Shown: positions 10,205 through 15,835 of the stretch, one piece after another
Position numbering within the stretch: position 1 is the first letter of the stretch
How the letters are laid out: each line of letters starts with the position of its first letter
Assembly (NCBI GenBank): GCA_017304475.1
Contig: JAFKKV010000015.1
Location: 229,428-253,427, forward strand
Direction: 5' to 3'
Length of the DNA: 24,000 nt
Source: Hyphomicrobiales bacterium
GTDB lineage: Bacteria > Pseudomonadota > Alphaproteobacteria > Rhizobiales > Phreatobacteraceae
Program-made: the position numbers and the translations under genes
The notes under the pieces: generated by a model
Told to the model about the DNA's origin: nothing
The model's database searches: none
What the model saw: only the letters and a program-made list of their open reading frames with translations

Positions 10205-10756
10205 TCAGCCTTTCGACGCCGCATGCGTTTCGGTGATCTTGCCCCGCTCGTCGCGGCCCACTCCCTTGGCGCGCGCGGCTTGCGTGACTTCGTCGACCCA
10301 ATCCACGCTGCCCGGATCGTCACCGCCGATGATCACCAGGAGCAGGGCGTCGATGGCGCTTTCATTGCGAAAGCCACGCAGCACGCCGACTGGCAGCGAG
10401 ATCACGTCATAGGGCTCGAGGAACAACTCGTTCTCGCCTCGGTCGCCCCATTGCACCGAGAACCGCCCGGTGAGGGGCATGAAGACCTCCACCGTCTTGT
10501 GATTGTGCAGGGCGCTTCCCTTGCCCGGACCGGCCCGCACGATGGACAGGTGGAAACCCTCGACATCGGTGATCGGCGGGCTGATCGAGGGATCCTCGGC
10601 AACGCCGCTGCCGATGATGCTGAGCAGCTCGCGCTGATACTGTGGCATCACGGCATCGATCAAAGGCATCGTGCTCGGTTTCAGTTCCTTGAAGATGGCG
10701 ACGCGCTTGCGCATGTCTTCGACGCTGACCTGACGATTTGACACTGTCTTCTCCAT
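10205..10756 (-). CDS. cupin domain protein
   Basis: Cupin motif 1 is readable: G-SALHNH-KTVE-VFMPLTG (H-x-H-x3-E-x6-G). Start trimmed to the ATG at 10756 (MEKTVSNRQ...). The longer ORF would run into the substrate-binding-protein gene. Confidence 0.72.
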   Translation of the reverse strand: MEKTVSNRQVSVEDMRKRVAIFKELKPSTMPLIDAVMPQYQRELLSIIGSGVAEDPSISPPITDVEGFHLSIVRAGPGKGSALHNHKTVEVFMPLTGRFSVQWGDRGENELFLEPYDVISLPVGVLRGFRNESAIDALLLVIIGGDDPGSVDWVDEVTQAARAKGVGRDERGKITETHAASKG

Positions 10757-10781
10757 TGGTGATGAGCTTGCGGCGCGGTTT

Positions 10782-12359
10782 TCAGCGCTTCTCGATATTC
10801 CAGTAGGGTTGAACATAGGCGTGCAGAACGCCGGCGATATTGGCGCGATAGGCATTCACCACCTCCCATTGGCCGACGGGCACATAGGGCAGGAACTGCC
10901 AGAGATGTTCCGCGAAGGGCCCGAAGGCCGCCTTGGCCGAGGCCGCGTCGGTGGCGCGCAGGAAGCGCTGGCGAAGCGCTTCGCCCGCCTCGTCGCAGGG
11001 GAAACCCGGCCAGTTCTGGCCGCCGCAGGACAGGTCCAGGGCCGAATTGGTCAGCGGATGAAACCAGATGCTGCCGGTGGCGTTGTAGGCGAACAGGTGA
11101 TAGCCGCCGGTCGCTGGTGTCCGGTCCTTGTTGCGGACCCGCTGCAACAGCGTGGGAAGGTCGGTCACCTGCAGGTCGACCTTCACGCCGGCCTGCCGGA
11201 GGCGCTGGGCCAGGACCTGCGCCACGACATTGTTGGGGCCCGTCGGCGTGCTCAGCAACACGATCGTTTCGCCGCGATAACCGGCTTCAGCGAGCAGGCG
11301 CCGGGCCCGCTCGACATCCAGCCGGCGATAGGGCTCCGCGCCAGCTTCCGTTCCAAGCGCCGTCCCGCAGACGCCGAAGCCGTAGCAGGTCTTCCAGTCG
11401 GCATCGCCGGCGACCGCAGGCATGATCTCGTTCTGATCGACCAGCAGGGCGATCGCCTGGCGCGCCCTGACGTCATTGAACGGTGGAAAGCGAAAATTGG
11501 GACGGACGAAGGACACGAAAGGCAGGCCATTCGGCCTCACGCGCAGGCCGCGGGCACGCAGAAAGGCGATCTGGTCCGGGTCGGCCTCGGCCCAGAAGTC
11601 GGCCTGGCCGGCGGCCAGCGCATTCGAGGCGGTCGTCGCGTCGGGCAGTATGAGCCATTCGACCCGGTCGACCTTGACCACCCTTGCGCCGGCGAGACCA
11701 TCGGTCGGCTCGCTGCGCGCGGGATAGTCGGGATTTCGCGCGAAGACGACGCGGCTGCCTTCCAGCCGCTCGCCATCGACATAGCGAAACGGGCCGGAGC
11801 CGATGACCGGCACCGGCATCGGCGTGTTGTAGGGCCGCTTCGCGTCGGCCTCGCGCATGATCGCCGGGATCGGTGATCCGGCTCCGGCCAGCAGAAATTC
11901 GACGAGGCCGAAAGGCTCCGTCAGGACGAGGCTGATATTGCGGTCATCCTCGGCGGTCATGGTGGCCAGGCGCGACTTCAGCTGCGCGCCGACCGAGGTA
12001 TTGTCCATCCAGCGCGCGATGGAGGCCGTCACGTCGCGCGCGGTGACCGGGCTTCCGTCATGGAAACGCAGGCCGCTTCGCAAGGTGTAGTGCCGCCTGA
12101 GGCCGTCCTCGCTGAGCGAGAAGCTCTCGACCATCATGGGTTTCGCCGACAGCGTGCTGTCGAGCGCGAAGAGCGTGTCGAACACCATTTGCGCATAGAC
12201 GCGCGAAACCCGGCTGCTGCCCTGTGTCGGGTCCAGGTCGGTGACGTCGCCGCTGACGACGCGCAGCACCTGCGGGCCCTTCTGGGCGGCGGCGCCGCCA
12301 ATGCCCGGCGCGAGCAGGAAGGTCGAAAGCGCCACGGCAAAGAGCTTCGGAAATCTCAT
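10782..12359 (-). CDS. ABC transporter substrate-binding protein (family 5, DppA/OppA-like)
   Basis: Start trimmed to the ATG at 12359 (MRFPKLFAVALSTFLLAPGIGGAAAQ, a signal peptide), preceded by GGAGGG. About 525 aa, the typical size and composition for SBP family 5. First gene of the operon. Confidence 0.85.
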   Translation of the reverse strand: MRFPKLFAVALSTFLLAPGIGGAAAQKGPQVLRVVSGDVTDLDPTQGSSRVSRVYAQMVFDTLFALDSTLSAKPMMVESFSLSEDGLRRHYTLRSGLRFHDGSPVTARDVTASIARWMDNTSVGAQLKSRLATMTAEDDRNISLVLTEPFGLVEFLLAGAGSPIPAIMREADAKRPYNTPMPVPVIGSGPFRYVDGERLEGSRVVFARNPDYPARSEPTDGLAGARVVKVDRVEWLILPDATTASNALAAGQADFWAEADPDQIAFLRARGLRVRPNGLPFVSFVRPNFRFPPFNDVRARQAIALLVDQNEIMPAVAGDADWKTCYGFGVCGTALGTEAGAEPYRRLDVERARRLLAEAGYRGETIVLLSTPTGPNNVVAQVLAQRLRQAGVKVDLQVTDLPTLLQRVRNKDRTPATGGYHLFAYNATGSIWFHPLTNSALDLSCGGQNWPGFPCDEAGEALRQRFLRATDAASAKAAFGPFAEHLWQFLPYVPVGQWEVVNAYRANIAGVLHAYVQPYWNIEKR

Positions 12360-12429
12360 GGGGCTGCCCTCCAGGCCTCTCGCGAACGTCGTGTCGAGAG
12401 CCGCGAGCATACAGAGGGCGAATTGGGAG

Positions 12430-12445
12430 TCAATCAGCTGATTGA
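12430..12445. promoter_or_regulatory. perfect 16-nt palindrome TCAATCAGCTGATTGA (candidate TetR operator)
   Basis: Read directly from the sequence. Centre lies about 78 nt upstream of the SBP start codon, in the AT-richer divergent intergenic region shared with the TetR gene. Confidence 0.6.
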
Positions 12446-12560
12446 TTGATTAAATTCAAGGTCCGATCACGTTCGGTCGATCATGGCCTTTCCTGTTGGT
12501 TTTCCAGACGGTTGTGATCGGACATCTGGATTCAGTGGTCCGGCTCTTCCAAGGCATATG

Positions 12561-12580
12561 TCAATCAGGCGAATGATTGA
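12561..12580. promoter_or_regulatory. dyad TCAATCA-N6-TGATTGA (candidate TetR operator / autoregulatory site)
   Basis: Perfect 7-nt arms. It aligns to the 3753-3772 site as TCAATCAG-N4-(C/A)TGATTGA. Lies 121 nt upstream of the TetR ORF start. Confidence 0.55.
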
Positions 12581-12700
12581 ATAAGCAGCTGAGATGCGCT
12601 AGATGCTGGGTCCGGCCGGGGTGAACGAAGCCCCGAGGGGGCATCAGGTCGCTGACGAGGCCCCGCATCCGACGACATCGAGTTTGGGACATTTTCGAAA

Positions 12701-13396
12701 TTGAAAAACCGCAGTCGCGCCTCGGACGAACAGACACCGGAATACTGGATTTCCTCCACGCGCCGGCCGGTCCGGTCCAAGCGGACGCGCGATCCCGAGC
12801 GTACGCGGCAAAACCTGCTGGACGCCGCCTACAGGGAGTTCGCCCATCTCGGCTATCACGCCGCCAGCATCGCCCGCATCTGCAAGCGGGCCGGCGTCAG
12901 CAACCAGATCCTGTCCCATCATTTCGGCTCGAAGGAGAAGGCCTATCTCGCCGTTCTCGAGGCGGCCTATGTCGCGTTCCGGTCGAATGATCCAAGTCTC
13001 GACCCGAACGCCGCCGATCCGCTGGCCGCGCTGCGCGACTTCGTGACGTTCATGTTCGATCATGTCCAAGAGAACAGGGATTTCGTCAGCCTGTTGAGCA
13101 GCGAAAACATCAACAAGGGCAAGATCATCGGAAAATCGAAGACCTTGAAGGCGATGTACGAACCGCTGATTCAACGGCTCGACGCGCTGGTCAGGAATGG
13201 CGAGAATGCCGGGGTTTTCCGGCCGGGCATCGATGCGCGCCAGCTCTATATCAGCATCAGCGCCTTGTGTTTCTTCAATATTTCCAACGCCTACACCCTG
13301 TCGGCGGTCCTCGATACGGATCTGACGCAAGACGCAGCCCTTGCGGAACGGCGCCAGCACGTCATCGACTTCGCCATGGCCGCGGTCGTTGCCTAG
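12701..13396 (+). CDS. TetR/AcrR family transcriptional regulator
   Basis: N-terminal TetR HTH pattern (RTRQNLLDAAYREFAHLGYHAASIARICKRAGVSNQILSHHFGSKEKAYLAVLE) followed by a helical ligand-binding-type C-terminal domain. The listed start at 12701 is TTG and there is no upstream in-frame ATG, so the exact start is uncertain. Confidence 0.85.
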   Translation: MKNRSRASDEQTPEYWISSTRRPVRSKRTRDPERTRQNLLDAAYREFAHLGYHAASIARICKRAGVSNQILSHHFGSKEKAYLAVLEAAYVAFRSNDPSLDPNAADPLAALRDFVTFMFDHVQENRDFVSLLSSENINKGKIIGKSKTLKAMYEPLIQRLDALVRNGENAGVFRPGIDARQLYISISALCFFNISNAYTLSAVLDTDLTQDAALAERRQHVIDFAMAAVVA

Positions 13397-13442
13397 TGTT
13401 GCTGCACGGTGATGATGATGGCTTGATTTCCCCGAGTGGATA

Positions 13443-13598
13443 AATTCGTGGATGCCCGGGACAAGCCCGGGCAAGACGAGAATTGTCCTCGGAGCGACAG
13501 GTGCTGGACCGACCGAGCGCAGAACCCGCGCCGTGGCCCTGCACACAGCAAGATCAACACATCGTCTTGCCCGGGCTTGTCCCGGGCATCCATGAATT
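13443..13598. repeat. REP/MITE-like element: 37-nt inverted repeats (36/37 match) flanking an 82-nt spacer
   Basis: Arm 1, 13443-13479: aattcgtggatgcccgggacaagcccgggcaagacga. Arm 2, 13562-13598, is its reverse complement with one C/T mismatch. Each arm also contains an internal CCCGGG-N5-CCCGGG hairpin. The motif resembles the dispersed intergenic repeats seen in Bradyrhizobium/Rhodopseudomonas-type genomes (recollection, not searched). Confidence 0.6.
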
Positions 13599-13992
13599 GT
13601 TGCTCCAGAATCAAACGGTCACAATCACAACCCAACGATACTAACCGCCCACGCCGGTTCGGTCGGCCGGCGACGAGGCTTCGCCCGGCTGACGGAAGGC
13701 GAGGGGGCCGAGGCCGCGACGCCCCCGGCGGGATCTGCTAAGGTGCCGGCGTCTGACGCGATGCACGGCCCGATGCGGCCGTACCGCCTCCGGCGGCATC
13801 CAGGCCATTGCGCATTCCGCGACACCGCGTCCTCGACATGCTCAGCGCAAGGCGGAGCGCCGGTTCGGCGATCCCGCGTGGTTCCGTCGATTCCGCCGAA
13901 TGCGCGATTCCGCCGAGTCCGCCTGTTGTCGCGCAACGGCCGGGCGGCAAGGGCTGCCGCGGCGGATGACGACGATGGCCTGCCGGCTGGCT

Positions 13993-14009
13993 GGGCAACG
14001 GCTTTGCCC
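13993..14009. promoter_or_regulatory. dyad GGGCAA-N5-TTGCCC upstream of the reb cluster
   Basis: Perfect 6-nt inverted arms read from the sequence, 181 nt upstream of the first rebB ATG. A TTGACG hexamer follows at 14013-14018. Confidence 0.4.
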
Positions 14010-14117
14010 GTATTGACGTTCCGGCATGCCCGTTTTTCCGCAATCTGAGCGAGTATTTTCAGCGTCCACGCCAATCTTCCGCGTTCTGGCGTCCCTAGGG
14101 TGGGCGCGCTCCATCAA

Positions 14118-14134
14118 GGCAACCGAAAGTTGCC
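14118..14134. promoter_or_regulatory. dyad GGCAAC-N5-GTTGCC (contains CAAC-N5-GTTG; candidate PraR/XRE-type repressor box)
   Basis: Perfect 6-nt inverted arms, ending 56 nt upstream of the first rebB ATG (14190). Confidence 0.5.
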
Positions 14135-14189
14135 CCGGGAGCTCGCCGGCTGCGTCGGCGGGGGCACACTCAGCACGCGAGGAGAGGCA

Positions 14190-14474
14190 ATGGCATTCCC
14201 CACAGCCGTCAACGACCAGATCACCGACTCGGTGACGCAGGCCAACGTCAAGGTGCTGGGCGACGCGCCCGCCATCGCCATGGGCAATCTCTACCAGGCG
14301 ACCGCCCAGGCGCTCGCCAATGCGGCCCACAATGCCGCCAACGCCCAGCAGCAGAGCTACGTCACCAGCCAGGCGGCAACGACGATGGGGGTCGCGACCC
14401 TCTATTCGCTCGACACCGCGGCGACCGGCGTCGCCACCAAGGACATCCTCACGCCGTCGGTCCGCGGCCTCTAA
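14190..14474 (+). CDS. rebB: RebB-family R-body subunit, paralog 1 (94 aa)
   Basis: Trimmed to the ATG at 14190 (RBS GGAGAGG at 14181-14187). MAFPTAVNDQITDSVTQANVKVLGDAPAIAMGNLYQATAQALANAAHNAANAQQQSYV... matches my recollection of the RebB 'killing trait' domain (VNSQITD.VTQ.N..VLG..PA.AM..LY). Confidence 0.85.
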   Translation: MAFPTAVNDQITDSVTQANVKVLGDAPAIAMGNLYQATAQALANAAHNAANAQQQSYVTSQAATTMGVATLYSLDTAATGVATKDILTPSVRGL

Positions 14475-14550
14475 TCCGCGCCGTCACCCGCAACCGCTCA
14501 ACCCCAGGCCTTTCGGCCGTCCGACCCCGAAGGCATCATAGGAGGTCCAC

Positions 14551-14820
14551 ATGGCATTCCCGACGGCTGTCAACAGCCAGATCACCGACTCGGTCACCCA
14601 GGCCAATACCAAAGTGCTGGGCGACGCCCCGGCCATCGCCATGGGCAATCTCTATCAGGCGACCGCCCAGGCGCTCGCCAATGCGGCGCACAACGCCACC
14701 AATGCCCAGCAGCAGAGCTATGTGACCGCCCAGGCCGCCACCACCATGGGGGTCGCGACCCTGTACTCGCTCGACACCGCGGCCACCGGCGTGGCGACCA
14801 AGGACATCCTGTCGTCCTGA
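14551..14820 (+). CDS. rebB: RebB-family R-body subunit, paralog 2 (89 aa)
   Basis: RBS AGGAGG 7 nt upstream. Only about 4 substitutions versus paralog 1 over the first 87 aa, by eye. Confidence 0.85.
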   Translation: MAFPTAVNSQITDSVTQANTKVLGDAPAIAMGNLYQATAQALANAAHNATNAQQQSYVTAQAATTMGVATLYSLDTAATGVATKDILSS

Positions 14821-14906
14821 CGCGCATCTCGCCGGCCCTTAGTCGCCTAAGGACAGGGGCCAGCGACGCAGTGTCTCCGGAATGACGATCCCAAGGATTT
14901 CCAGCC

Positions 14907-15173
14907 ATGGCCTTTCCGACCGCCGTCAATGATCAGATCACGGACTCCGTGACCCAGGCCAATGTCCAGGTGCTCGGCGCTTCGCCGGCCATCGCCATGG
15001 GCAATCTCTATCAGGCCACCGCCCAGGCCCTGGCCAATGCGGCGCATAACGCCACCATGGCGCAGCAGCAGATGTATGTGACGGCCCAGGCCGCCACCAC
15101 CACGGGCGTTGCTCTGCTCTATTCCCTCGGCACCGCGTCGACGGGAGTGGCGACCAAGAAAATCCTCGGATGA
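14907..15173 (+). CDS. rebB: RebB-family R-body subunit, paralog 3 (88 aa)
   Basis: Same MAFPTAVNDQITDSVTQANV... N-terminus. About 12 substitutions versus paralog 1 over 87 aa, by eye. Confidence 0.85.
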   Translation: MAFPTAVNDQITDSVTQANVQVLGASPAIAMGNLYQATAQALANAAHNATMAQQQMYVTAQAATTTGVALLYSLGTASTGVATKKILG

Positions 15174-15240
15174 CGCGCCGGCGGCGTCCCGGCGCCGCCT
15201 GATCCCGCCATAACCCCCTGCACGACAAGGAGCATCTTCG

Positions 15241-15504
15241 ATGGCTTTCCCGACATCGCTCAACAGCCAGATCACCGACTCCATCACCCAGGTCAATACC
15301 AAGGTCCTGGGCGACGCGCCGGCAATGGCCATGGGCAACCTGTTCGTCACCACGAGCCAGGCCCTTTCCAACGCCGCCCACAATGCCACCAACAACCAGC
15401 AGCAGTCCTATGTCACCATGCAGGCCTCGACCGCCCAGGCCGTCGCCACGCTGCTGACCGTCGACACCGCCTCCACCGGCATGGCGACCCACAAGATCTA
15501 CTGA
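15241..15504 (+). CDS. rebB: RebB-family R-body subunit, paralog 4 (87 aa, more diverged)
   Basis: MAFPTSLNSQITDSITQVNTKVLGDAPAMAMGNLFVTTSQALSNAAHNATNNQQQSYV... RBS AAGGAG upstream. Confidence 0.85.
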   Translation: MAFPTSLNSQITDSITQVNTKVLGDAPAMAMGNLFVTTSQALSNAAHNATNNQQQSYVTMQASTAQAVATLLTVDTASTGMATHKIY

Positions 15505-15598
15505 CGCGAAGCCGTGACGAGGTCCGTTCGCGCCATCGGCCGGACGGACAGCGGCCGGTCCGCATAGGGGGCGCCGTCCCAGGCGGGGGAATGTCAGC

Positions 15599-15835
15599 GT
15601 GGCCGAGGGATCCGGCATCGCGACCATGACCGGCTCGGTCGCGACGGGCGTGACGCTGAACGTGGCGCTCGCCCCGTCGGCGGCCATGGCGATGACCTAC
15701 CTGGCCGGCGCCGACAGCATCGCGCTCGCCATGGCCAATGCGGTGGCCAATCAGCAGCGCGGCCAGGTCATCGCCAATGCCGCCACGGTTCAGGCTCTGG
15801 CGCTGATCATTTCGAAGGGAGCTACAGGCACATGA
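15599..15835 (+). CDS. divergent RebB-like protein lacking the N-terminal VNSQITD motif (78 aa)
   Basis: GTG start preceded by GGGGGA. The core aligns to RebB: VTLNVALAPSAAMAMTYLAGADSIALAMANAVANQQRGQVIANAATVQALALIIS versus VTQANVKVLGDAPAIAMGNLYQATAQALANAAHNAANAQQQSYVTSQAATTMGVATLYS. Its stop overlaps the next ATG (ATGA at 15832-15835). Confidence 0.6.
   Translation: MAEGSGIATMTGSVATGVTLNVALAPSAAMAMTYLAGADSIALAMANAVANQQRGQVIANAATVQALALIISKGATGT

Noticed and set aside
4266-10412. Numerous long alternative-frame or antisense ORFs across the ABC/amidase operon (for example 4266-5462 minus, 4955-5941 plus, 5941-6999 plus, 6605-7879 plus, 6915-7868 minus, 7792-9009 plus, 8820-10412 plus)
   Set aside because: All overlap genes that have unambiguous Walker, permease or amidase-signature motifs. 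Their translations are Arg/Gly/Asp/Pro-rich without motifs, which is the usual high-GC artefact.
13393-13741. Small ORFs (80 aa minus, 101 aa plus, 60 aa minus) over the inverted-repeat element
   Set aside because: They are read-through translations of the REP/MITE arms (PGLVPGIH / DARDKPGQD peptides) and appear on both strands because of the symmetry. They were treated as repeat, not coding.
14100-14189. The 30-codon N-terminal extension of the first rebB ORF, as listed in the ORF track
   Set aside because: The three other paralogs all begin at MAFPT, and a GGAGAGG RBS sits immediately before the ATG at 14190. The extension would also cover the GGCAAC-N5-GTTGCC dyad.
13600-14189. Searched for a sigma-54 promoter (TGGCAC-N5-TTGCW) upstream of rebB1 because the neighbouring regulator has a sigma-54-type domain
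   Set aside because: No GG-N10-GC element with acceptable flanks was found by eye. This is consistent with the regulator lacking the GAFTGA loop, so no such promoter is claimed. I also could not confidently call a sigma-70 -10 element after the TTGACG hexamer at 14013.
13625-14330. ORFs of 101-162 aa on both strands in the reb upstream leader (13743-14048 plus, 13625-14074 minus, 13842-14330 minus)
   Set aside because: They are Arg/Pro/Ala-rich, mutually overlapping, lack RBSs and have no motif. The region is better explained as a long regulatory leader. A small regulatory RNA or peptide cannot be excluded.
14190-15504. Regular repeat periodicity of about 350 nt that could superficially suggest a CRISPR-like or satellite array
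   Set aside because: The repeated units are complete protein-coding genes with RBSs, and the spacers are ordinary intergenic regions. There are no short direct repeats of CRISPR size.
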